From assembly GCA_013239625.1 (NCBI GenBank), contig MU054323.1, positions 1,240,001-1,304,000 of the forward strand: a stretch of DNA of 64,000 nt, written 5' to 3'. Under the pieces are notes generated by a model. The model made no database searches, was not told the origin of the DNA, and worked only from the letters and a program-made list of their open reading frames with translations. The translations under genes were made by a program, and so were the position numbers. Positions 1 through 13,830 of the stretch are shown here, piece after piece. The stretch's first letter is position 1, and each line of letters begins with the position of its first letter. The stretch is from Lama guanicoe. Its lineage: Eukaryota.

Positions 1-329
1 TCTGTTGAATCTAATATTAAAAATGTAAGGTTCATTTATTTGTCTGTCCCTATTTTCTTCTCTTCCTTCTTTTTTTGAACATCAGAATAAATACTTACAG
101 TATTTTTCAAAAGTAACAGATTGGAAATTTTTAAAATTTAGAAATCAAAAAAGAGCAACAGACTAGAAATAAAAAAAGAAAAATTGTCCTTCCCATTCAC
201 AGTTTGAGAAGCACTAAATCAGGATTCAAGGTCACCACCAACTGAAAGTGTGACTAATAGAAGAGGTTTCAGGAATGTAAGTTTAAAGGAGATGTGAATA
301 ATTAGAAAAATGCAAGAATGAATGGACTA

Positions 330-506
330 TGGTAGTGGATCTTGATGTGTGTTCATTAGACCAGCAGCATCAGCAGCATCTAGAAACTTGTTAGACATAA
401 AAATTCTTCAGCTCCACCCAGACTAACTGAATCAGAAACCTAGTAATATATGTTCTGTTAAGCCTACTAGTGACTCTGATGCATACTAAATGTTGAGAAT
501 CACTGG
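330..506. mobile_element. MER5A-like hAT-Charlie MITE
   Basis: accagcagcatcagc..gaaacttgttaga..actgaatcagaaac..tgattctgatgca-like..ttgagaatcactg matches the recalled MER5A pattern; boundaries approximate. Confidence 0.8.
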
Positions 507-619
507 ACAAGGGAAATGCAGTAGAATTACTGGGCATAGCACTGAGAATCCATTTGAGGTCAGGATTCATAAATTTAAAGTGAGTTCAGACAGCATGTCT
601 CAGAATTTTTCTCCTTTTG

Positions 620-985
620 ACACCTCCATTTTAGGACTTCTGACTTCCAGAATTCTAAGATAATAAGTTTGTCTTATTTTAAGTCACTAAACCTGTGGTT
701 ATTTGCTATAGCAACAGTGGGAAACTAACACACATTGCTTCCAGGAAACCATATGAACTTCCCACAGTCCTCCTTACTCTTCCTTCCTCCACCTAGACTA
801 TAGATACAGAGGATCCAGCAGAGAGTCCCAAGTCCCTGCTGAAGGGACACCGCAAGACGGCAGCAGCCTGGAGCCTGGAATCGCTACCTAGGAAACCACC
901 TGTATTGAACTGTTATATGGGAGAGAAATAAACACACTATTCTGTTAAAACTCTGAGATTTAGGGGTTTATGTTAGAGGGCAGCA
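620..985 (+). mobile_element. MaLR (MLT1) LTR 3' fragments, two successive
   Basis: ggacttctgacttccagaa..ttttaagtcactaa..gggaaactaacaca, then aaataaa..tgttaaaactctgagatttaggggttt, both typical MLT1 3' ends. Confidence 0.7.
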
Positions 986-2861
986 CAGACTAATATTGAG
1001 AGTGATCTTGATGGTGGTAAAATTGTGAACCCTGGGATGGGAGTGAGAAGTGAAAAGAGGTCTGACCAGAAGTGCACAGAAAACCACTCTCCCTTCAATT
1101 CTGCCAGTGGTGGTGTGGAGAGAGGCCACAGGAAAACCTGCAGTATTTACGTATAACAACTATAGCCTGGTTAAGGGCTATGACCACAACAGAGGAAAAT
1201 AATTAGCATATATATTAATGAGGTCCTTTGTAATCCTACTGTGGATGGTAATTGTTTGTATATTAATAGTTCACAACTTGATTAGGTGCAAGATATGCAA
1301 AAACAGGCATTCCCAACTCCCTGATGAGGATCATTTAAGTTCTCTACACCTTTTTTTGGGATGCTAATGACTGTCAGGAAGACAAAAGACTGAAGTTCCA
1401 ACAAATCAAGTGAGCACATCTGGTTTAAGTGGATAAGTGTTCATCAATAAATGTACTGATTCTTCTTCCTTTCAGATCGGTCTTTAAACTTGATTCCTTT
1501 TAGACTACCCAGAAAAGCATATATTCATCTACACCAAGATTCATTCTGTCTGTCTTGTAAATTTCCAAAGTTTGATTTAACCAAAACACTAATTGCCTCT
1601 CCTCATTCACATACACATTAGCCTTAGCAATAAATTCACCAAAAATCCAAGAAAGCAGTGCCATAGAAATGAAAAACAAATTTCATAAATTCGAATACTT
1701 GGAGTGGCTATAAGAAACAACTTCTAAGGCCATGGGGTAAAACTCATGTTAAACTCAGTAATTAAAACCAAATTGTAAATACATAATAGAAAGTTAAACT
1801 GTCAAAAATAACTAGGAGGCGGTAGCCTAGACTACATAAACAAATGGAGGTGATGGTGAGAATATGGTAATCCTCAAATATTGTTCTGAAATTTTAAAAG
1901 ATTAATGATTGGCATGTAAATGGAGGGAGTGCCATTTCGTATTTTAATACAAAAAATAGATTTTAAACATAAAGAATAAAATGTTTTTAGTTTTTGAGGT
2001 CGTTGTCAAAGATCTTTGGGAAGGCCAGGCTAAAACTGGGTACTGAGGGCTTAACAACTCCAGAATTTGAGTAGCAAACCACACCAGGAACTTCTTGAAA
2101 GGAGTAATATTTCTCAGTCATCTGTATATCTTTAGCATCAGTCACAGTATAAAACAAGTTTTCAAACAATGCATTCTATTTTAATGAACAGACTATATGA
2201 TCATTTTATTTGTACCACTTGGTAATATAGGTTTTCATTCACTTAGAATGAAAAGTAAGTTTCCATGCCAAAAAAGGCAATAAATCTAATAAAAGTCAGT
2301 CATTTGCAGATATGCCCAATTAATTCCACTTTTGAAAGGACTGACAGAATGTAGCTAAAGAGTCATCATTAAACAAAGGTAGACAACTGAATGAAGCAGT
2401 GCATGCCACGCTGCCACCAAGATACCAAGTTATGCCATGTGTATTCTCAAATGTGTATTTTCCATTTGTTCCTGTCTAATCATGATGTTCCTTTGCTGAA
2501 ATTTGAAACAGCAACTTTCATTAGCTGAGACTTTGGGAAGGATATTCATTATCCAATATGGCTGGCTAAAGGAGAAAATCATTGATTTTCAAAAGCATTT
2601 TGAACTGTGACTAAATTACCATGGTCAGAGTTTGCAATGATTAGCAATAAGTCAAAGAGGGCAATTTTTTTTCTAATAGTTGTGCAGCTAGTGATGGCAC
2701 ATGCTGACATTCAGCAGTTGAATTTTCATTAACTCAGAGGTTTTAATTTAACATAGCCCCACGTCCTACCAATACCACATAGAGATGTAATTATACTTAC
2801 TCCACTTTTATAATCTTACCTCCTTGCTCAAAAATTCCTGATAGATTTCTCTGGCCTACCA

Positions 2862-3216
2862 TGTTGTCTTGGACTTAATTATATTTTCCCAAAATTCGTA
2901 TGTTGAAGTCTTAACCTCTGCACGTGACTCAACATGTGACTGTATTTGGAGATAGGTCCTTTAAAGAGGTGATTAAATTAAAATGAGGCTCTACTACAAT
3001 TTGTCCTTATAAGAAGCGGAGATTTGGAAACATGGAAAAGACCACGTGAGGACATAGAAAGAAGGCAGCCAAGGAGAGAAGCCTCAGAAGGAATCAAACC
3101 TGCTGACACCTTGATCTTAAACTTCCAGCCCCTAGAACTGTGAGAAATTAAATTCCTGTTGCTTAAGCCACCCAGTGTGTGGAATTCTGTTATGACAGCC
3201 CTCACAAACTAACACA
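2862..3216 (+). mobile_element. MLT1A/B-type MaLR solo LTR
   Basis: aaaattcgtatgttgaagtcttaacc..gtgactgtatttggagatagg..gcttaagccacccagt..aaactaacaca; TG...CA ends. Confidence 0.85.
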
Positions 3217-3229
3217 CAGCAAGCCCAAA

Positions 3230-3630
3230 CTCTTTCCGGCATTAAAAGTCTTGCCCCAGCCAACTTTTTTAATCCAAACTCCCAACTTAGCAACATGCAT
3301 GCTCAGATCTTACTTTAGTGCCCTACACACACTATGAGATATGCTATATTTACTTTTCATCTTGGATGCCCCTGCAGGGATGCTTTTTCTCCTTTTATGT
3401 CATTCATAAAGCCCAGTTCAGGAGTACCACAAAGTCTGCTTTAGTCCAGCCCATGCTCGTCTCTTCCTACTCCTAGCATGTACCTAGTGTTCCTACATTG
3501 GAAATTGAATTACTCTTCAGATCCCAAACTAATTCACTTCTACTGAGAGCCATGAGGACAGTGTCATCAGTGCCTAGAGCTGAGTATAACATAGAGGGGT
3601 ACTCTAAAAATACTGGTTGAATGAATAAAC
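3230..3630 (+). mobile_element. L2 3' fragment
   Basis: cagtgcctagagc...ggttgaatgaataaa, the L2 tail motif. Confidence 0.55.
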
Positions 3631-4924
3631 TACCAGAGAGAACTTTATTATTTTCTTATTTTTCACATGATAACGTTTACATTTCTTAATTTACTCATAT
3701 ATGTAAGAAGTAGTTAATGAGCCTCTGATGTGTTTCTGGTTCTGTACCAGGCACCAAGGATACAGATATAGATGGTATAAATTTGGTCCTCTGGCTTACA
3801 GATAAGTAAACTGATTAGAGGTCAAAGATCTGGTAAATGATATCTTTTCTTATGTCATGCTCAATTGTTTTTCGTAATGTCTTGCATAGGTAAAGTAAAA
3901 AAGGTAAAAAAAACAAGGAACCTACACATACTTGCCAAACGCTTGAGGAAGATGATAGCGAACATTATTGGAGCCTTGTGTTCTCCAGCCAAGATAGAGC
4001 CTCCTCTAGACAAGTGTCTGGGCAGCTCATCACAACCCTTTCCTGCTCCTGGAAGTCCCTGTACCTCATTACATAAGTGAGAGTCAGAAATTTACATTCA
4101 AGTTTTGATTGCTCTTTGAAAAAGACAACCAAGCCTCTGTCCTCTGCAAAAAGAGAGAACCTTGCCAGAGGTAGGGTAACCATACTTCCCAGGTAGCCCA
4201 TGAGAGTTTCAGTCTAAGTCTGATATGTTAACATAACTATTAATAGTGCCCCTTTCAATCTCATAAGTGTTCTGATGAGATAACAAAGTATTTGGTGACC
4301 TTGGCAGAGGAAATGTACCCTGGGGAAGGCTACGGGACCAGGGAAGGCCCTTTAAACATTTGCGAGTAGTTAGGCTTATTTTATTCACACAACTTGCACT
4401 GACTTAAGAGACGATGGCAGATCCTCTTTTTTAACTTGACATATAATATTACATTAGTTTCACGTATACAAAATAATGATTCAGCATTTGTATCATGATG
4501 GACCGACCCTCCTGGGCACTTTTAGAGGCCACTGCTGCCTTGGCTTCTCTTTGACCACCACTAGTTTCTGAAATGTCTTCCATATCAGTTCTTCCATTCA
4601 GGCCCTCCTAGCCACTTGCTAGATTTCACGGCTATAATGTTACTTCTCTTCTCGTCCTAATTCCTCCTGACCCTTGTCCAGCCCTTGTGTTCACACCTAC
4701 CCTCCTGAGTCTGAATGTTCTGAGTCTGTTGGACCCCCCAGCTATGCTGGATCCCACCCATTTTCCTCAGTGAGGCCCAGGCAGCCCCCAGAGGCTTAAA
4801 TTCATAGGCTCATTCAACTTACAGGCAGCAGGTGTGTGCCATATGTGAGGCCACGTCCTGAGGCAGACAAGTAAAAGGGACAACTGGAGTAGCAGCTCAC
4901 GTGATCTGAGCACCACCGCCGCCA

Positions 4925-5120
4925 AGGCTGTACAAGGTGTAGGACTATTACATTCAACCCTCTCAGAACACAAAGGTAGGTATTATACTGAAACTATTGT
5001 CCACATGAGGAGATTCAAAGTCAAAGAGGTTGCTTCACTTGCCCAGGATCATCTGGAGAGGAAGTGGTAGAACTCAGTGCAAGCGCAGGTCTATCGAGTT
5101 CAGCCCCACTGCTCTGAATC
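4925..5120 (-). mobile_element. MIR SINE
   Basis: aggtaggtattat..cacatgaggag..cacttgcccagg, MIR core on the reverse strand. Confidence 0.65.
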
Positions 5121-5353
5121 ACCCTGCTATCGTTCTGCCCTGAGGGAAGTGCAGGCGCAGAAGTTGCCCGGAGTGGGATGGGGGTTCTGAAGACCTTCGG
5201 TGGAGGCCTTTGGGGCTGCATGACATGGGGAAGCAACTCTGACTTCGGAAATAATTAGGAACAGAAGAAAGTCCAAAAGTAAGAAAAGGGCCTTCAAGTG
5301 CCTGGTTTTCTTCAAGACTCCCGAGGTAAGAGCAGAGATGAGATGTCTCAGAT

Positions 5354-5502
5354 AGGGTTGCCAGATAAAATACCAAGTATCTAGTTAAATTTGGGTTTCA
5401 GATAAACAAGGAATATATTTCACTATATGTATGTTACATATATATGTACCTAAATATATTTTATGGGGTTTTTTGGTTGCTATTGTTAAATCTGTCAATC
5501 CT
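5354..5502. mobile_element. MER53-like hAT-Blackjack MITE
   Basis: Terminal inverted repeats (TIRs) tagggttgccagat / atctgtcaatccta; internal agttaaatttgggtttcagataaacaa. Confidence 0.85.
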
Positions 5503-6219
5503 AGTTTCAGGTCTTCTTTTGGATGTTTATTCAGCTACATTCCTCGGGGCAGGAAGAAGGAGAGGCTCAGGGAAGAACCCCACCTAGAACATAGTATGCA
5601 TTTGGTGACAGTGTTGCCCCGTGTCATCCCTAAAGAACCTGGGAGCTCTGTTCAGGAGAGGAAGCTGACAGGCTGTAGGAGGATCAGAGGGCATTAACTC
5701 AGCTGACCACAAGGCCTGAAATGTGCTTTATGCTCCCACTTAACCCTATATTTAAAAATCAAATTTCCAAGGTAAACTTAAATACAAAATATTTGCTTAT
5801 TAATTAGCTTCTGCTTAGAAAGATTTAATGCACAAATCCCAATGTGGGCCCAAAGCACATAATCCCACAAAGTACATTAAGCATGACCTTGTTTCCAGGC
5901 AGTAACTCCTTACAGAGTAAAACCCACACTATTTAGCGTGATATTCAAGGATGACCTCAAACCACCTTTCTAGACTCAGCTCTCTCCACAACAGCTCCAG
6001 AATTGGGTCAAAAACAACACATCCCAAAGGATAATCAAACCAGTGACAGCCCTGTGTCTGCCATGCTATTCCTCTCCCCCAAACAGGCCTTCCACTTCAT
6101 TTCTGTTTGTCAATATCCAAAGTGAGGGAAGCAATGATAGTACCAACACTTCTTCACCCTTGCCCTCTAGCCCATCATACCACCCAGACACCTGCTGCAC
6201 ACACTGGAATTATAGCCAC

Positions 6220-6635
6220 TGTCACTGACTGAGTTTTCAAGGAAGTAGACACTGATATGGAGTTAAGAGTGCAAAGAGCTATTGACAAATAATATCTGTG
6301 AAAGGAAAAGGAGGAAGCAGGATTGGACAGAGGAGAGAGCTACCAGAGAGATGCCAATCTAATGATGCTTTGCCAGCCCAACAGGGGGCTCCAGAACAAA
6401 AATTGCACACCAGAGAAATCCCAAAATGGGCAGAAATGGCTAGGCCCTTGTGCCACTGTATTGCAGCCTTTAGCCAGAATCCAGCCTGAGAATAACATAA
6501 CCATAGCTAGCAACAAGGTGTATCCTGACAAAGCTAATAGTGGGAAGCTATCAGCTAGCTAATCACATCCCACAGCTAAGGAAAGAGTCATTTTTTAACG
6601 AGGACCCTGAGAGAAGCATCTCCATGGCTATCACA
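6220..6635 (-). mobile_element. LTR16-like ERVL LTR
   Basis: ggaagtagacactgatatggag..gaagcaggattggacagagg..cccaacagggggctccaga..gaaatggctaggcccttg resembles reversed LTR16. Confidence 0.7.
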
Positions 6636-7399
6636 GCCAGAAAGAGACTCCCAGGCAGGGTTAGTTCTTGAAATGAGTTCAGAGGCATTCCAATCTGAAA
6701 CATCCCCTAAAATTTTCACATAACACTTGAATTCTGCCATTCAAATGTCATCTCTTTTAGAATATTATAGATCTTTGGAATTCTGAGAGCTTCAGTATAT
6801 TTCTTAAAATATATGTACACTCCTAGACTAAATTAACTAGCACAAGTAAACAGAAAAATTTCATGACAATTGTGGAGGTATTGGATAAAAACTAATGTCA
6901 TGAGTGTTAGGGTTTGACAGCCCTGGATAGGAATCCTGGCTGAAGGAATGAGTAGTTAATTGAAAGCAAGACCACACATGAATTTGGCAACAGGTGACCT
7001 GTTTGAGTTCATAAAGGAAAGAGGAAAAAGAGGAGGCTAAAAAGAGGTGAGGAAGATATGTAATTTGTTATGATCATGCTTCTGACCTCTACTAGGAACA
7101 CTAAGAGACCCCAGTATGTTACCCAGTGACCCAAGCAAGTTTGCCCTGCCAAAGAATCCTGCTGGAGAGGGAGCCCTTTCAATCTCTGGAGTGCATTCCA
7201 GTGCGACAGGGCTTAGTGGAAAGATGTGAGCTGTCCAAGCAGCATAAGCATCGATGGTTCTCTGGACTCTGCTGGGACAACATGATGGATGAGATAGAAT
7301 CCCTATACTAACAAAATCTCACAAAGACCAAGAGATAAATGCTCAACTTCAGTCAAGAATAAAGAGTACTACTAAATATGTGAGACTAGGGTACTGTGG

Positions 7400-8750
7400 G
7401 GCCTCTCAGGGAGACATAAAATCTCTTTAGAGAGTTCAGAGGACCTTGCTTCAAAAAGGGAAATTCAGAACAAAATTCTAAAATTTCTCCAGAATACTGA
7501 GAAAGGTTTATAGGAGCAAGCATATGCAAGGCCAAGAGGGGGAAGTACAACATGTTTGAGAACTGCCAGGCGTTTGGTGTGCCTGGAGTGAAGAGGATGG
7601 GAATTAAATGAGAGGAGATTGAGAAGCATTGAGAAATGTGGCTGGAGTGCTAGGTAGGGGCCAGATCATGAAGGGCATTGCTCTTATGTTAAGGAATTTG
7701 TATTTCATCCGGAGTCACTGAGTGATTAGTACAATGCCTGGCACACAGTAAGCACTTAATATTAGCATTTATTCAATCATTCATTCAACAAGTGCTTACT
7801 GAACACTTAAAAGACTGTGCCAGACACCTTATGATGGGATTTAAAAAAAATGAATAAAATCTAAATCTTTTTTCTTGAAGACACCTTCTATCTAATGGGA
7901 GAGTCAAGCATCAATAAAAACTAGCACATAAACATAATATTGCAACCAAATTAGTGCAATGAATGAGACATGCATAGTGCTGTGAGGTTTCTGTGAAGAA
8001 GTGGCAACATTCTGAGATATAAAAGAACAGCATTCATGACAAAGGAAAGCAGGTTAGTGGTAAGTGAGTGCCGGGCAATGGGAAAAACTTTAATAAAGAC
8101 CTTGAGTAGAGATGCTGCATGGCTTTACTGAAAGAACAAAAGAAGATCAAGTGTCCTGAGCCCCAGAAGCTCAAGAAAGTATGGAGAGAGGAAAGGCTGG
8201 AGAAAAGGGGGAGGATGATTTCCATCCAGGGCTTGTATACAAGATGAGAACTTTAGTTTTCATTGTGTGAGTAATAGGAAGCTAGGGAGGTTTTTGATCT
8301 GGGTGCTAGGAGAGATACAAGACAGACATGATGCAATTTGGTTTCTGAAAATATCTGTCTTGTATAGTATGAGAATGGAGCAAGGAAACTTTGGAAACAT
8401 TAGTTTTTACCTGAAAAGAGATGATGGCAACTCTGATGATGGCAGTGAAGATAAGCAAAAGAAGCAGTTTTGAAGACTCATGTATCAAAATAACGGGACT
8501 TTGATGGATGATATATTTTATATAACTGGGTGAACGATGCTGTCATTTACTGAGATGAGAACTCTGCATCAGACTTAGGGAAAACTGAGTTCAACCTGAA
8601 GCATGCTGAAATTCAGCTGATACTGAGAGAGATAAGTAGGAATGTCAAATGGGCACTGAGTTCTGAAAAAATATATACATATATACATAAAATCTGTGTG
8701 ATGTTGGTAATTGATGTTTTAACAGATGAGCTAACCTAGGGAGGAAGTGC
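7400..8750 (-). mobile_element. L2 fragments, several nested
   Basis: ggccagatcatgaagggc..taaggaatttg; attcattcaacaagtgcttactga; gtcatttactgagatg; all reverse L2 motifs. Confidence 0.75.
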
Positions 8751-8815
8751 AAAGTGAACTTAGCAGATTTGCCTTATGCAAATATCACACTGGCTATAAT
8801 ACAAATAATGGATTG

Positions 8816-8978
8816 GAGGAGGAGTTCCCAAAATGGCAGAATAGAAAGACCCTGAAATCACATTCTCTCATGGACACACCAAAATTACAACTATTTACAG
8901 AACAACTATCAATGAAAAAGACTGGAATCTGTCTACCAGAAAGGATCTACTACAGCTACAGATATAAAAAATGAATCA
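8816..8978 (+). mobile_element. Start of an L1 5'UTR, artiodactyl type
   Basis: aaaatggcagaatagaaagaccctga..tggacacaccaaaattacaactatttacagaacaact resembles a recalled artiodactyl L1 5' end. Confidence 0.6.
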
Positions 8979-9628
8979 CTCCTGGGCATATATCTGGAGA
9001 AAATTCTAATTTAAAAAGACACATGCATCCCAATGTTCATAGCAGCACTATTTACAATAACCAGGGCATGGAAGCAACCTAAATGTCCATCGACAGATGA
9101 ATGGATAAAGAAAATGTGGTATATGTATATGCAATGAAACATTACTCAGCCATTAAAAAGGATGAAATAATGCCATTTGCAGCAACATGGATGAACCTAG
9201 TGATTACTATATTAAGTGAAGTCAGACAGAGAAAGACAAGTATCATATGATATCACATATATGTGGAATCTAAAAAAAATGATACAAATGAACTTATTTG
9301 CAAACCAGAAATAGACTCACAGATATAGAAAACAAAGTATGGTTATCAAAGAGGGAAGGGGTGTGGGCAAAGGGTAAATTAGGAATTTAGGATTAAAATA
9401 TACATGCTACTATATACAAAATAGATAAATAACAAGGATCTACAGTATAGCACAGGGAACTATGTTCAATATCTTGTAATAACTTATAATGGAAAAGAAT
9501 CTTGAAAAAGAATATATATATTTATATGTATAACTGAATCACTTTGTTTTACACCTGGAACTAACACAAAATTGTAAATCAACTATACTTCAAAAAAAAT
9601 AAGTAAAATTTTAAAAAATTTTTTAAAA
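8979..9628 (+). mobile_element. L1 ORF2 end, 3'UTR and A-rich tail
   Basis: ctcctgggcatatatc..aatgttcatagcagcactatttacaata..gcaacatggatgaacctag..tatagcacagggaac..tgtaaatcaactatacttcaaaaaaaa. Confidence 0.95.
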
Positions 9629-9639
9629 GAACATAACAA

Positions 9640-11075
9640 GAGACTAAAAAATAAATTTATAATATTAAATGTGAATATCAGAAAAACATTTTCAAATTAT
9701 TGACTTAAGCTTCCATCTTAATCTTACAAAAGAAAAAAAATTAAACCAAAGATATAGAACCGAAGAAGTAATAAAGGTAAGAGTAGGAAAATCAATTAAA
9801 TAGAAAACATAAAATCAAAAGGGAAGATTTAATGTAATCAAAAGGTGATATACATAAAGGATTAATAAATTGAAAATCTATCAATACTAGGCATGAGACA
9901 GGTGATATTGCAACAGATCCTATGAAAATTAAAATAAGGGAATATTTTGAACAAGTTTATGCCAGCAAATTTCATATCAAATCAACTGGACAAATCTGTG
10001 AAAGCTATGAATTACGAAAGCTCACTCAAGGAGAAACAGATGACAAGAATAGCTCTAGATCTATGTTTAAATTAAGTTATAGTTATAAACCCTTCTACAA
10101 AGAAAAGATCAGTCCCAGATTTCACTGGTGAATGTTGCCAAGCATTTAAAGAAAATATAATGCCAATTCTACACAAAATATTATAAAAAAATAGAAGAGG
10201 AGAAAGTACTTCTCTGCTTACTCTATGAGTATTGCTCTAATTGGAAAAAAAAGCAAATAAATAGAGAAAAAGTAAATCTATCTCAATTTTTCTCATGAAC
10301 ATAGATACAAAAATCCTCATCAAAATGTTTGCAAATTGAACTCAATATATAAAAATGATATACACAATGACCAAATCCCAGGAATGTAATGCTGGCTTGG
10401 CATTTAAAAATCAATGTAATTTACAATTAAGAGAATATAGGAGAAAAATCTTATAGCGATTGTGATGGTTACAAATAAAAAGCTTTGACAAAATTCGACC
10501 TTCATTCATGAGCAAAACTCTCAGCAAACTAAGAGGAGACTTCCTCAATCTGAGGAAAGACATCTACACAAACCTTAAACCTGTCATCATTACCAATGAT
10601 AAAATAGTAAATGCTTTTCCTCCTAACATTAGGAATAAGGAAAAGATGTCTATTCTTACCGCACTTATTCTAGATTGTATCAGAGGGTGAAGAGGCCACA
10701 TGTGTCTACACATCAGGAGACAGTCCTAGCTGACCTGTTAGTGTCAACTTCCAGCCACATGAGTGATTCATTTAGTATGTCTAATCCAGTGGAACCTTCC
10801 AATGATTCCAGACTCAGCCACTATTTACCTGCAACCTCATGAGCAACTTCAAGTAAGAATCACTCCACTGAACCAAGTCTATCCACTATCCAAAAATGCA
10901 AGACACAAAAACAAGGCAAATTTGTTGTTTTAAGCCACTAAATATTGAGGCAGTTGGTAACCCAGCAACTGACAATTGAAATAAAAACTATTTACAATAG
11001 CAAAAAGAAACCAAACAATATTACTTAGGAATAAACTTAATGAAACCTCCAGAATATTACTTAGAAATTAAAGAA
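9640..11075 (+). mobile_element. Degraded L1M ORF2 fragment, interrupted by an MLT1 LTR
   Basis: ORF2-like peptides in the ORF track (IREYFEQVYASKF; MSKTLSKL..FLNL.KDIY..AFP); A-rich, many stops and frameshifts. Confidence 0.9.
10691..10980 (+). mobile_element. MLT1 LTR 3' part
   Basis: ccagccacatgagtga..ctgcaacctcatgag..ttgttgttttaagccactaaa. Confidence 0.75.
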
Positions 11076-13516
11076 GCATGAACACGCTACAGCTTTTCCT
11101 GTCTGTAGGCATCCTGTAACTGTTAAAAAATGCAGCCTCTCTTAGCCGTGTTCCTAATAGGTGCGCTAATCCGTGTGCTCTCGGGACCTTTGCAGCTAAT
11201 AGACTGTTCTTTCTAAAGCCAGCTTCTGAAATAACAGTCTGTCCTCATTTCATTGCCCAAGGAAAGATTCTCCAAGGACAAAGATGGAGAGATTAAAAAA
11301 AAAAAAAAAAGATGGCGAGATCTGCTTTCTTCCTTCCAAGATCAAAGGAGACTCTAGAGTTTTGTCTAAACTATAGAAAGACCATATACAAAATCCATGC
11401 CCCTTAATAAAATACATCTTATTCTCTGATGTGAATGCAGTTCCTGGGAGCTTGGTCTACTGGCAACACAATACTGCAGTGAGGCTGACTCAAGTCAGTG
11501 CTATGTGACGGGTGTCAGGAAATGCTGTCAACCACCAATAAACCAGAAATGCTACCTGGCACACTTGGTACCTCAGACACACTGCCACTTTCGAATGTAT
11601 CTCTGTTTGAAATATATCACCATTTTTCAGTCCTTACTCTGTGCTGAAAACCTTGGTATATATCTTATTTAATTCCTGACAGTAATCTTTTTTTAAAAAC
11701 TTCCAAAGGTGCAGAGATTTCGACCCTTGTTAAGAAGGTATTAGCCCCATTCTTCATGTAGAAAAACTGATTCATAGTATCTGGAAGTTATGTTCTATTT
11801 GAATTACAAACCTTTTCTTTGTTCACCTCCACTTCACCTCTGCTTGTTTTTATCCCTGTTTGCTGACTTATCTGTGTCCCCCATTAGAGTTGAGATCATC
11901 AAGTACAAAGACTATGCCTTATTAATTTTTATATCTAGGAAAGAGCATAGTGATTAGCTCTTAATCATTATTCACAAAATGTCACTAAAATTTTTGGAAT
12001 AGAAGCTGTATCATATGTATCTTAGTGTAAGTATTATCTTCTTCAATCAGACTGTAAGGTCCAGGAAGGCAGGGGTCACATTTATTCACCTTCGCATTCT
12101 CAGCATCTAGCTGGAGGGCTGGCACACAATGGAATTCTCATAATAGAGTAAGTCTCAGATGTAGCTCATCCAATTGCCCCAGCCTTCACTAACTGGCAAT
12201 GAAATTCCCAAAAGAGCTATAGAAAGCAGTAGTATTAATGAAATGAGAATCTGTGAATAATTTAGTAATTAACATTGTCTACATTTGCATTTATTTACAT
12301 AATGCTTCTTAGCTTATGAAATGTTTCCACATCCATTTTCTAACATAATCTTTCCAACATTTTTATGAAGTACAAAAAGCAAGTATTATCGACATTTTAT
12401 AAAAGAGATTCTGTGTCTTGCCCAAAGATATGAAACTGGAAAGTGGTAATGTTAGAAATAATACTCAGATTTCCTGTCTTCCTGTGTAGAGCTTTCCCCC
12501 CAGATCACCACCGTTTGACCAAGGTGAGTAACTGAGCATTCACTTTGAAATCCAATCATTTACAGCCTGCAGTCAGGTCTTTTAAATTTTTGACCTTCAA
12601 TGTCCTCATTTGTAAAATTGCAATAGTTATTATTAACTGGACTTCCTCAACCAAGTCACATTTATTAAAATATGTATGAATATTAATGTGCATCAATATG
12701 ACTTAACATATTGATTTAATCATTTAATAATGGAATTAAATTATATTACTAGAATAATATTAATATTCATTGATGTCATATTTATAAAAAAAATGCAAGG
12801 AAGATAAAAATACTGACTGAATCCAATGTGAAAGTATTAAAATTCTGAGGAAGAAATGAGAAATCTTCCCCAAAGAGCAGAGAAATTTGACAACTGATGT
12901 GTTTCCTAAATTCTGCTCCTTTTCTTCCTGAGCCTAGGAGTTTAGTGGGGTCAAGCCATCTGCTATCCTAAAGCACCTTCATCAATAATTCAGGAAGCCT
13001 CTAGTGCCAGGCCTGGCTGGCTCTCTCTGCCCTGCAGTCCAGGAGTTGAGCTGCATTGCTGGCTCTTTAACCTAGCTCTTCACTACCGCATTAGGAATAG
13101 GAATGCCTTTGGTAATTATTCAGATTTATCTCAGATGTCCGGAAAGGGAAGCTGCTTTAGACAGTTCTTCAGTGAGCTTTCTAACTGCCAAACAAAAAGC
13201 ATACTCATTTGCTAACTAGTGACAGGCAGGACCTTTGGATTAAGAATAGTCTGCCTTACGATGTTACAGACAAGTGTCAGATGTTTTTTCTAGCTCAAAT
13301 CTAGTTCCGGATAAAATTTTATGAACCTCCTAGGGTTTCCAGTGTAGTCAAATCTAATTTACAAGAACACATGAAGCCAATAGGCCTATGAAAATGATGA
13401 CAACAGGCCTTGCTGTAAACAAATGTATATGGGTCAAATGATGAGTCTGAATCCACTCAAATTTCCCACTGCCTCCAATAAATCCTCAATTCCAGGAAAC
13501 AGCTCTATTTACCTAC

Positions 13517-13570
13517 TTCTAGCATCCTCTCTCTGCCTCTCTCTAGCATCCTCTCTAGCATCCTCTCTGT
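13517..13570. repeat. Short tandem repeat (ctagcatcctct) x3
   Basis: Read directly. Confidence 0.8.
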
Positions 13571-13649
13571 GCCTGTGATTAAACTCACTCAGACCATATA
13601 CCTAGAATGTCTTTTCAACTCCTCTCCAACCATAAAAATAGTGGCTGTA

Positions 13650-13830
13650 ATTTATTATTATCTAATAGGGTGCATCTATTCCCACACTTAAGTCACTGAA
13701 GGAATTGTTTGCCCCATTTTACAGATGAGGGACCAGAGGCTCAAGAAAGTTAAGCAGTGCATTCAAAATATACAACTAGTGATAGAACTAGGATTTAAAC
13801 TCTGTTTAACTCAAACCCATGTTCCTCTCG
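13650..13830 (-). mobile_element. MIR SINE
   Basis: ccccattttacagatgagg..aggctcaagaaagttaag..ggatttaaac. Confidence 0.8.

Noticed and set aside
1454..1560. Strong acceptor tactgattcttcttcctttcAG
   Set aside because: No good donor and no recognisable peptide downstream.
9922..10690. ORFs with L1 ORF2-like peptides
   Set aside because: Frameshifted LINE relics, not host genes.
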